Shown in pieces: positions 14,816 through 26,800 of a DNA stretch of 64,000 nucleotides. This DNA comes from Orbicella franksi (taxonomy: Eukaryota): positions 42,222,001 through 42,286,000 of the forward strand of contig OZ116698.1 in assembly GCA_964199315.1 (NCBI GenBank), in the 5' to 3' direction. Below the pieces are notes generated by a model. The model did no database searches, was not told the origin of the DNA, and saw only the letters and a list, made by a program, of their open reading frames with translations. The first letter of the stretch is position 1. Each line of letters opens with the position of its first letter. A program made the position numbers and the translations under genes.

Positions 14816-17800
14816 TTACTTCCGCCTTATCTTCATCGCCACTGGTCCATAAGGCAAACTTCTAATGAGTTCAAGAACATCAACATTCGTCATGTAGGTC
14901 ACCCTCTGTCCATTCACTTCAAGAATCTCGTCACCAGCTCTCAAAACACCACTCCTCCCGGCCACGCTGTCTTTGAACACATACCTTACATGTATTGGCG
15001 CATCGCCGTACAACGAGTCCTGGCCCCCACCGAGAGAGAACCCCAATCCAGATGCCCCCTTTTCAAGGGTAATCTCAATCACCGCGGGCCCTTGGGGTAC
15101 TTTCTGAAGTTTCTCTTTTATACTCATGGTCCCGCCATTAGAGAAAAGTCTCTTCTTTAGACGTTCGAAAGTGGAGTGCTCTCCGTTTTGTTTAACGAGG
15201 TCTAGTGGAATTTTTTCAAGTATTGGCGGTGTGCTACTGTTTGTATTTGCTAGGTTTTTCTTCTTGGTCAGTTCCTCCTTTGTTGGCCAAGCCTCAGAGC
15301 TAGAAGTGATTTCTTTATTGGCGTTTTTGTTTCGAAGAAGCGTCATGGGTTTGGCGAACTGCTTAGGTCCCAGGGCCCGACTTACGACAAGCGTCACCCG
15401 TTCAGGCGTGTCTTTAAGGAGTGTCAAGGCTTCTGCATTCGTTAGTCCTTTAAAAGACTTGCCGTTCACAGACAACAAGATGTCACCTTTCTTGATAAGT
15501 CCGTTGTGAGCAGTCACGCTGCTGGAGAGGATCTGGCGTACCTTGCAACAGAAAGATTAATAACGGTTACCTTTTCTATCTTAACAAAAACAGTTGGCCT
15601 AATTAATTCAAACTCGGTTATCTTGAACTCCCCGTAATTTTGAACTCAAAATCATTTCCCTCGGACATACCCTTCAGTCATTTACTATCGGCTATTTCGA
15701 ACTCCTGCTATTTCGAACTATTTTTTGGTTTCTTCTGCGAGTTCGAAGTAGTGAGGTTCGACTGTAATGACAACAGGCGTATCTGATAGGTCATGGATAG
15801 TTTCTCCTCTGCATTGGTAGATTTATATATTCATCAGCCTACAGAGCAAAGAATGTTTAATGACGGTAACATTGAAAGACAAAAGTGGCGTTTGGAAATA
15901 TCATTATAATCAGAGGGAGTTGAGAGGGTAGACGAAAGAGAGCAATAAGGGTTGACGAAGAGAAAGAAGGGAGTTATGGAAGGGAGGGCGGGTGAAGGGT
16001 AAAGCAAGAGAGAGTAGAAAGTGGGGAGGAGGACAGAAGAAGGGAAGGAGAGCAGGAAGCAAGTGGAAGTACGGCCAGAGAAAGAAAAAGACAAGAGAAA
16101 TGAGGTTACGGAAAGTGAAAACTTGGACTACAGGCACGGAGAGATTGACAGTAGGACGCGAAGTGAAGGGAAATGTACGGGAGGGAAGGTGTGTGGCTGG
16201 ACAAGATTAAAATGTTGACTCACCATTATGTCATCATAAGGCGTGTCCACTCCTCCACTAACGCTCATCCCTAGCCCAGCTCGGCCACTTTTCAGGAGTT
16301 CCACAGTAAAGACCTTGCAGTCATCACTGCTGACCGCCCAACTGACGCTTTTATTAACAGGTCGTACTTCTTCCTCCTCCTGCTCGGTGCTTTCATCGTC
16401 TTCACCCGGAATGCCGTCAATAATGGTCACAGGCACGTCATCTTGACGCAAGTTCAGTGTTGGGCTCTCTGGCTGAAGGTACGCTGGGAGATACTCATCA
16501 GGTTCATCAAAGGAACCACAAGGTGATCCTGGAGAATGGTCACCACTGTGATATGGGGTCCCAAATGAGGAGAGGCTCACGCATGACTTAGGACGTTGGC
16601 CCCTATCAGTCGGTGGACTCAGAGATAATTCTGACGAGGTCTTTGAAATGGTGCTTGACTCACGTGCGCTGGAGACTATTGGTTCTTCAAGGTCGGTGAC
16701 GCGTCTTCCCTCTGCCACTAGCTCAGCACCATCGCTATCGCTGTTTTTCTTTCTCGCCACAGTGAGTTTGACCAGGGGTGGAGTATTCTTGAGGATGTTC
16801 AACGCCTCACCATGTGTCACGCCTACCAAACAATTATCGTTGACTTGTAACAGTTGGTCCCCTGTTCTCAGTCGGTTACAGTTGGCAGCTGGAGAGTTAG
16901 GCTGGATATCTTTGATGTAAAGCATACCTAGATGAGTGTCTAGGCCTCCAACAACCATTAAGCCAATAGACTGCTGTTCTTTAAGAAGCTACACAGGAAG
17001 GAAACAGTTACTATGGTTATTTACTAACTTATTCCATGAACTGATAAATAGGTTTTGGTTGCCTTTACGTAAGGTTTAGTGGTAGCAATTTGCAATAAAG
17101 ATGGGTCACAGTAAATCCCAAAAATGTTCAACATATCATCCAAACGCTTTTTTAAAAACCATAATCAGTGGCGGATCCAGACCTTGAGCTAAGGGGTGGG
17201 GGTTGTTTTGCTTGCCCTGCAGGCTTTTCTTCCTTCTGTGATTTTTTCTTTTATTACCCAAAACAAGGAGAGGCTCGGCTCCCCCTCCCCTAGATCCGCC
17301 ACTGATAATATACAAAACGAAGTGCCAAAATACTTTGATCCAGAAAGATTCTATTTGAGAAGGATACATCAAGCACAAGCATTTACTATGACATCAAACT
17401 TTTGAATGAGATTTCCGTGTACCACCAGACTTCAGTGTACCACCAGACATGACTTTCACTTTTGCATTGTAGACGCTTGTATAGGTGATCAGTTGTCAAC
17501 ACACTAATGTCCTACTCCACTGAAGAGGGGAGTTTACAAAGTCACTATCCCTAGCCTTATTGATAGTAACATCAGAACCACATGGTTGTAATCCTTCGAA
17601 CCACCTTGTACAGCATAATGAACAGCAGTACGTGAACATACTGCTCAATAGCTTTCATTTGAGCGGTCACACACTAGAGTTTCTTCCACGGAGTTGTAAC
17701 ACCTTGTACCGCAAAATAAACAGCATCACACGAACACACTGCTAAATATCGTTCACTAAATTGGTCACACACTCGATTAGCGCACGAGGTTTGATTTAAA

Positions 17801-20800
17801 GGAGTTACGTCACGGTTTGCGCATCTTGAAAAGTTTAACCTACATTTTTCAAGTTCGTCGTTTGTAATCCCCGTTTATCTTCTCCATCCTTAACCATCCA
17901 TATACCTTTACGGTTTATTATTGTCTCTTAGGTTTTTTCTATCTTAGTAAATTATTATTTTCAGGTTTCCTTCAATTTAAAGGTAATTTCTTACGTAGCC
18001 AAAATAACCCAAAATGCAGCGACTGTGCTCCTTTAAGAATTGTTATCCTGGATTTGTTGGACTCACCTGCACTTCTATGATCCCTTCATCCACATCTGGC
18101 TCCTGATTCCGACTGTTGATCAGCTGCTGTAGGTTTCCAGTGTGCCAGTAATCTGTCTCTCCCGCTCCTCCTTCGGACGCGGCAACAGCTGCTAACTCTG
18201 GGAACAGCTGAGGTAATGAGGACGACCGTCTACGCATTGGACGAGGAGGACGCATAATGCCAGAAGGGATACGTTTCTTTTGGTTATCTGCAGCAACAGG
18301 AGGACGTTGAATGTGAACGTCTCCAGCCGAGAAACTAGCACTCCTAACAAACCTATTACCAGCTACAAGCAGGCCAGGGTCACCTTGAGTTGAACTACAA
18401 GTATCATCCCATTCAGACGACACTTCTGAGCTGTCGAAGTCATCGCTGTGAGAAGCATTTACAGGATCAACTGCGTTTTGTACCATCAATGGCTCTGCCA
18501 CTTGTGAAACTTGTGAGTAGTTACTGTCTTCAATTAAGTCGATCAGTACACGAGCTAACTCAGGTGTCCGTTCTAATAACTCCGGCGTGTCAGCGTCTTC
18601 ATCACTGTCACATTCATGAGCATTTTGTCTTGAAAGGGGAAGCTTGTGGCTGTTATCGTTTGACTTCAGGTTAAAACCTGTGGGAATTAGGGGCAAAGGT
18701 TTGGTTTTTCTCCACTCATCATTCTCTAGTGCTGGCATTGCGTCATTTTCAACGTAACTATATTCTGTAACATTATGTTTCACTGAAGCTTCTTCCTCTC
18801 GTCTTTGCATCGCACCAGCAGTGGGAATTGGGGGCAAAGGCTTTGCATTTGGTAGATCAGCCGTGCTGGGAAGGTCTCCTGGTTCGGAATCAGCGTTCTT
18901 GCTGTGTACCCGCATATCTATTGGTGGAGGAGCAGGCTTAAATCTTGGAGGACCAGGCGAGCTTGGAGGATCCAGCCCTTGGTTACTTTTTATGTCATTT
19001 TGTACCGGAGTGGAATTCAAAGTTATGGGTGGCGGTAGAGGTTTAAATGGAGGAGGCCCAGGTGAGTTTGGACTACCTGTCGTCTCGTCAGAATCATCGG
19101 TAATGGAACTTGTTCGTAATGTAAGTGGTGGTGGTAAAGGTTTGAAAGTTGGTGGACCTGGCGAGGGTAAACCATCATCATCCTCGTCGAAAACCACCTC
19201 CTCGTCGCTTTCATTACCAAATTGAAGGTTCTCTTTGCTACTTGATGCTGTTTCCAGTCTACCTTCGTCAGACGAACCTTTGTCAAATTTGTTTTTTAGT
19301 TCGTCCACAGTTTTCTGCTGTTGCGTATTTGGTGTACTACCTAATTGAAGGAATGCCGGCTTCTTTGGCACAGGTGGTTTTGAGGGAAATGTTTTTGGCA
19401 TCCTCTCTTCATCAGCACACTGCTCGTTCTCGTCGACATTTCTTGTGAGGGCTACTGGATCAAGATGTTGTTCACGTGATGGTGGTAGCGGTGGAAGTGG
19501 CCTGTTTGTCAGTGATGTATCCGCTTCCAAATGGGCAGCAGGTCTCTCTACATCATCACGATCCAATGATAAATTTTTACTGAGGTCGCCATTATCTGAT
19601 AGTCCTTCCACGTCGTGATTTAAATAGACATTCTGACCTCCAGGTTCTTCGTAGTATGATTCTACTTGTACTGTTGAAATGACACGTTCTGTATTTGGTT
19701 CATCATTCAGCACGTTCCTCTCTACTACATGTAAGAGCTCCTCGTCATATGTTGCTGGTAACGCACATTTATTGTTGTTTCCTTCCACATAACGCCCTTC
19801 GTCGAATGGAGGATTGCTCATCTCTGAAGTAGACGGCACTGTTGGCAAAAGCACTGGACGTTTTGCAGTGTCTTGAACGGAGAGGTCTTTTTCTATTTTG
19901 TCAATAACTGGGCCTTTCTTACTTTCATTCTTGTGTTTACTCAAAGGAGCCTTTTGTGTTGACTGTGGGGGAGGAGGTGGACTGGATCGCCTTGACTTAG
20001 AGAACAATCCTCTCGGTGGTGAAACCGATCGACTTCTGTTCTCTCGATCCTTTGATTTGTCTCGACTCTTGCTTCTACTACGGAAACCGAACAGTTTCTT
20101 AGTCCAAGAACGCGATCGCTCGCGTCCATCGGGATTGATCTCAAACGATGTGTCAGGTGACGCAAGATGGTTAGGATCTGCTCTTTTGTCCTTATGTTTA
20201 TGACCTTTAGAGAACAGCTTTTTGGAAGTCTTCTCCTTAACTGGCGACGATTTGTTTTGTTGTTCTTTCTGATGCTTGTGGGTTGGTTGATGATGTTGAG
20301 GAGCTGCCTTGGACTTGATGTCAGGTCGGGAGGGAAGTACTTCTATGCCTAAACCTCCTGGGAGTGATTTTCGAGGAATGGTGCTGGCTTTGTTGGTGTT
20401 GACGCTAGGTCTTGTAGGGACAGGGGGGGCTGGCCTTCTATGCTTGACCAAATTCCCCGTCACGTCATGTCCTTCACTTAGCTGCTTCAACAGCTTACCA
20501 GACAGCTCCGGATGTGCAAGTTCACTTGTTGTGGCCTCTTGAAAATCATTAACAGCCAAATCAGTTCCAAAATTCTCATTTTTGTCTGTCATGTTGAAGG
20601 AAGAACTGGGCTTAATAGCTTCCAACTCAGTTGGTTCCCCTTTGTCTATGTCAGGCAATCCTTGCAGCGATGACGTGACACTGTTTGTATCTAGGACACC
20701 TTCCCTTGCCATAATGAGATCTCTCTGTTCAAATGTTTCTTCAGATTTAGAAGCCACTGGTCCTTCCTGAACTTCTGTGGACTGCTCGTCCACTGATGAC

Positions 20801-23800
20801 ACATCTTTGGAAAACGATGGACGTTTGGCTGACGACGAGCTCCCAGCATCGCTACTTTGCTCATTCCCTGATCTTGAAGAATCTTCCAAAGTCAATATCT
20901 GATCCAATAGAGTCAGCTCAGCTTCCACTGCTCCAGCCTCCGACCACAGCTCCATTTCTGGAGGAAGAGGGGGTGGTGACATGGCATCAGACGAATCTGT
21001 CACGGTAACCTCATCTTCCAGTGGGCTAAGATGCGTTAATGAGCTGTCTATAGTGAGATCTGTCTCAGGCACACTGGGAACATCGCTAGGCGAGCTTGAG
21101 GACTTCGGTAAAGGTGCCCTTTCGTCCATGTGAATGACATTTCTACGAAAAGACTTCTTCTTCTTTGGAGAGTGCTGGGGTGAATGCCAGGATTCTACGC
21201 CAGTTGGTGTTGAGGCTCCTTGATCGTCAGAGGCCAAATGAGATAGACGGGGTTTCGAATGCATAACGTTCATGGGCTGCAATCCATCAGCCATGCTCTC
21301 CAAGCTTTCCACAGTGAGAGGTGACATTCTTGGTGGGGGAGGAGCAGGTGGCAGGCTTTCCATGTCATCTTCAGGTGGCTGATTAACATCACTAGAAATG
21401 TTCGCATCACCAAATCCCATTGGACTTGACTGAGGTAATGACTCCTGGTGAGGATCAGCTAGCAAAGATGTCTCAGATTGTTCCGATGCTTTCCTGCCCT
21501 TTTTCGACCTGATTCGTAAAGGCAATATCCTTTTCTTGGAATTCTTCCGCTCCTGTTTGACTGGCTGTGAGAGAGGGCTGGTGATACGAGGTACTTTCTC
21601 ATTTCCGTGCGGTGAAGACACTACTGCATCAGAAGACACAGACCACGTGGATGACCTGGAGAGTGGTGGCGGTGGTGCGGGCGGTAGGCTGGACATGTCG
21701 TCATCTGGAACATCTGGTGATTCCGTTGCTGCATCATTGAATGGAATAGCCACCCCTGATGTCGAATTATTTCCATAAGGTGAAGACGATCCCGAAACTG
21801 CACTTAAATTTGAATACTTCGATGCATGATTGGGCGATTCTCGATCAAACCAAGACGACGAAATTGGTGATGATGAATTCGAGGACACTGTGTCCAGACT
21901 GAAGAACTGTTTGTTTAGTCTAGGAGGTTTAGGAGGTGGAGGACCTTGTGGCAAACTTTGGAGACTTTCAAGTTCATCATCAAACAAACTCGGTGGTTTG
22001 ATTGGAGCATTATCTACCCCATTCCATTGCACAGACTCCATTGAAGTCGCATCATCAACACTCGAACTCTTCTTGAACGTTCGTGGTAATGCAGATGGTA
22101 TACTTTCAGTGTCATCTCCAAACAAACTAGGGGGTTTAATGGATATCTGTGGTTGACTGTCTTCAGATAGAGTTCTAGCATCGTCCACTGAACTGTACGA
22201 TTCATCTGTCTTGTTTAATGATTCTTTTCTCTTTTGAACAGAGGAGTGAAAGTTTGGCTGCGAATCTAGCTGCACAGCATCGGCAGTCTGTGTTAAACCG
22301 TCCATTTCAGAATCATGAAACGATGGTGATGAATTCATGTTGTGGTCATCAAAAAAATCCTCAAAATTTGTTGGTGGGTTTAACGAAACGTCCTCTACAG
22401 TGTCCTGCACCAGAGGCTCATCTACAGTGACGGAAGAACTTCCCATCTGCAAATCATTTGTTGGTACTGCCGGAGGAGGAATGGGTGGTGGTAGATCATC
22501 GAAATCTGTGTCTTCCAGTCCACTGTCCTCTATAACAGTATCACAATCTTTTGTTCTGATGAAACCGTCTGGACTTTCGTCAGGTGGAATTATAGGTTTA
22601 AATGTCCGTTCAGCGTCTTGTTCTTGATTTGCCTCAATCCCGTTTGCAACTGTGGAAATGTCTGAGTTCCCTGCAGAGATTAGCTCACTCGGCATGTCCA
22701 CACGAGGCTTGTGGATTGCACTGTTTGACAGCACATCTGGCAGAGTGTTCTCCTCAGCTTTACTCTTTGAATGATTCTCCTCTTCTGATTGACCATGTTC
22801 CTTTAAAGCGGACGGAGAGACAGCTTCCTCATCAGCTTCATCTTGTATTGCCTGTTTGGGTGCAGCCTGTGCTACGACTGTCACATCCCCTCTGGGGCAG
22901 TTTTTGATCATGGCTTGCACATCTTCAAGCGCCATTCCTTCTAGTGACGCATCATTAATGGACACAAGAACATCTCCAACTCTGCAATTGGACAATGACT
23001 TATGATACGAGGAAAGTAATTTTTACTATAACACGAACCGGCCATTTCCGAGTTACCCTTTGCCTCTGTGTAAAAACAAGTTTTCGTGCAAAACTATTCA
23101 TATAACTACAGGCTCATTTTCATGCAAATCAAACTCCTGATTTTCATATAAAAGGTTTTGCACGAAAACGCATTTTGAAACACTGGCACAAGGTCACTGG
23201 TCGACAAAGCACGATGCCATCAACTACATATACTTGCCTACAAACCTTTCGACAATACCATCAACCTCCGAGATCATAATAGAAAACACAGGCAATGCTA
23301 ATCTCTTAAAAAGCGACAATTGAGAAAAAACATGTTTGAGTACGACCGGAAAAATCCGATCTTTGGCTCCACTTCATTCAATAGCTGCAAGCAAAGAACA
23401 GATTTGATCCATGGACAATAGCTACCGTCCTACAAATATATCATCAGTTTATAAAAACAGCTAGTTCGCTCTGCTATATGTACTCGTAGGTTTGCATCAC
23501 TCATACCTGATATTTCCATCTTTTCCCACCAAACCAAATGAAGACACTTCTGCCACTATGACCTTCCCCTCCCCTGATAGGTCCACTTTGATGCCAAGGC
23601 TTCTGAACTTTTTCTGGTAAGTGATAACAAAGGGAACATTCTCCACTCGTCTTCCAGCTACTGGTTTTACATCATCGCTCGCTTCACGTTCACTGCAGCC
23701 TTCAGAATGGAGAGGTGAAACTGGTGGTGTCAAGCTTCTTAATTCCTCAGTAACGTCAGGGTGTTTCACTATGGTTTGAAGACCTTTATCGTTGTCGGTC

Positions 23801-26800
23801 AGTCCATGTATTGTTCTTTTGTTCCTAGCTCCACTGGAGAGCAAATCATTACCACTTCCCACGGCAGGAGGTTGAATATCCGTGCTACTCTCAACAGGAA
23901 CTACAGAACGTTTCACAGTCAGTTTGTCTAAACCATTTTTCTTTGAGATCTTGGCCTGTGACCATTCTGGTGATGAGAGCTTTGGTTTTGAGTCTCCTGG
24001 CGCTAAATGAGTCTCCGTAACACTACCCTGTTCAAACGTCAACACATCATCGCTTTCGTGTGAATTCAAATCGTTGCAAGCATCCAGCAAGGATTCGAAA
24101 TCCCATCCTACAATTGTGTCATTACGAGGCGAACTCGACGGGGTGAGCATAGCACCAGATTCCTGTGAAGTCTCCTGTTGATGAATAGATCCTTGACTAC
24201 CTGTTTCTTGATCATCTTCACTAGTAAACAGGTCTTGCTCCATAAGTTCTTTCATTCTTGGACTAAGATCAGGAGGTGGAGAAACAATGGGGATTGACGA
24301 TAAAGGGAGATCATGGGATGATGTTAAGTCTGATGTTATGGGAGGTGGTGGAGGAGAAAATGATGGTGGCGGAATAGAGACATCGTCATCTAAAAGATCG
24401 TTCACTCCCAACACTGGCGAGGGTGGAGGTGAACAAGGTATCTCTGGAACTTGTTCTTGAGCAGTTTCTTCTTTCTGTATTAACGGAGATTCATGTGATG
24501 TGTCTAGTAAGTCTCTTGATTCACTGTCTACTAGTTGAGATGCTATGAAAGTCACAGGCTGTCCTACGCCTTGCGGTTTACCTACACGTTCTGTTTTTGA
24601 ATATAATGTTTCAGTAAGTTCTCCGCTGTCTTGAAGTATGGGTGAACTTTTAGCCGGCGTCTGAGCTATACTCTGATTCAGAGAAGAACTCGTTACTTTT
24701 CCTTGTGTTTTCAGACCCTCTCTTAGTATCACAAACGTTACTACGTCCATAGGTTTCTTGAGCAGCTGTAATGCCATCGAATGAGTTACACCTTTCAGAG
24801 ACACACCATTTACTGACACGAGCTTATCGCCAGTCTGAAGTTGTCCATCTTGGGCACACACCATACCAGATAACAGTCTGCGGATCTGTAAAAAGAGGAA
24901 AATTAATAACTTAATTAATAACTTGACATGAAAAAAATACATAATGCTTTTCCAGAGAAGAGTGATACTCATAGCTGTAACAACGGTACCTATTTGTTTG
25001 AGCCTTAAAAACCTTTTGTTCCCGGTCATACCTCATGCCAATTACTGAGGTTCTAACTTCTAGGTGCGATTAGATAAGTGAAACCTACTGGTAAGAAGTT
25101 TTACAAATAACTGTATAGTATACATCAGTATGGATTTTTGTTATGTATATCATTATGACTACTTGGTCTACTAGCTCTGGCTAATGTGTGGTGCAGAGGG
25201 GTGTGTCTCATACGAAAAGTTCTCCGAGTGGGTGTATGACGCAGATGGAACATCAGGCCAGGGACAGTAAAGACTGGTGGAGTTTTGTCAGTGGCGTATG
25301 CTCCACAATGGAGTAAAAAGCCTCCCGATCAGATCAGATAAGATCACGGAACCACTATAATAGACTACAGTATCTATGTCGTAAGCCCACGGCACATGTA
25401 ATGAAATTTATATTACTCTTAGTACCTGGAAGTATCCTTTCAGTTTCCCATAGCTAGGAACTAGTGAAAGACCAAGTGTGGAGTTAGGTGCCTTTTGTAT
25501 TTTCACAGTCAATTTCCTGTAACCAGATGGAATGATCAAATTGTCGCCCAGTTCATCATTTATTTTGTCCGATGTATTGATGTCATTTAGGACTGGTTCA
25601 GTTTCTTCTTTAGATTTTGTTTCTGGTGTGGTTTTTGCTCCACCGGAAGTGACAATCCTTTCAGTTTTTTCTTCAGTTTTTTCTTTATCTCCACTACCAT
25701 TCTGGTAAATTTCCTTTGACGCAAGTCCTTGATCACGAGAATCGGTTTCCTCTTCAGCTTTTCGATGTTCAGACGACGGAATTCCTCCTGTCTTCACAGA
25801 TGATGTAGGTTCCACTTCTTGCTTAACATACTGTACTTTACCTCTCACACTCGACCTCCGCCTGTTCTCAGGAGGTTTAGGCAGTGGCACTGGGTCTTGT
25901 GAGGGAGGTTTCTCCACAGACTCCTTTCTCTTGTTCTCTTGTTGTTTTGAACCCTGTTCCTGAGGCGCCATCTTTGATCTTCTTATTTTCATCTGCGTTG
26001 AACTTGGAAGATCTCTGAAGATCTTGATAACGTCTTCTTGGTTCATTCCTCTGAGATAAGTACCGTTGATTTCAATAATTTGATCTCCTGAAGAAATAGT
26101 GCAAAGAAAGACGAATGTCAAAAAAATATTTCAGCCAATAAGCAAGGTTTGCACAAACTTGGAACAACATTTCTAGGCCTTGTTATGAACTTTTAAGATC
26201 GTACATATTGAGCAAAAACTTTTCAAACTAGTGGTATAATAGAGCACAGTAATCATTAACAATTTTACAACTGGACAGATTAGGAATAAAAGATCGCAAC
26301 AAATGTTAAGTATTTCTACAATCTAAGCACCCACATATTTACTTTGAAGTCCTTGACATCCTTTAAGTATTCTGATTAGGTGGCTAAATATACGAACAGT
26401 CAGCTACAAAACAGTATATAATAAGCCTTGTATTTTAAAGCCACAACAGGCAGCTACTTTGGCCCTTGTTGCCGCTTTCTACTGTGAACCCTGATTCACA
26501 GTCTATTGAATATTGCTTTCACAAAAGCGGCCCAGAATCATAGTGCTCAGTGTGTTCTTCTTTGTTTTCATTGTCTAGCAAACGTTTTAGGCACCCTGAC
26601 CAAAATATTAGGTTTGTGGAAGAGTGGGGAAGGGGGGGGGGGGGGAGGGGGGTGGTGGTGGAGATATGATAGATTACTATTACTGATTTCCTCCATCCCT
26701 GGGGAGTAGTTTCAACAAATACAGTCCCTTAAATTACAGACACTGGAATAAGCTGCAGCGATGTGGAACACGTCTGCTAAAATGAACACCTTAACAATAC

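Noticed and set aside
15000-15350. IL-16-like caspase release site before the last PDZ
   Set aside because: No Asp-containing site resembling the pro-IL-16 cleavage motif was seen in the PDZ9-PDZ10 linker, so a secreted cytokine product is unsupported.
18390-22907. Numerous plus-strand and off-frame ORFs of 60-134 aa
   Set aside because: They are shadows of the 4.9-kb PDZD2 exon with no independent signals.
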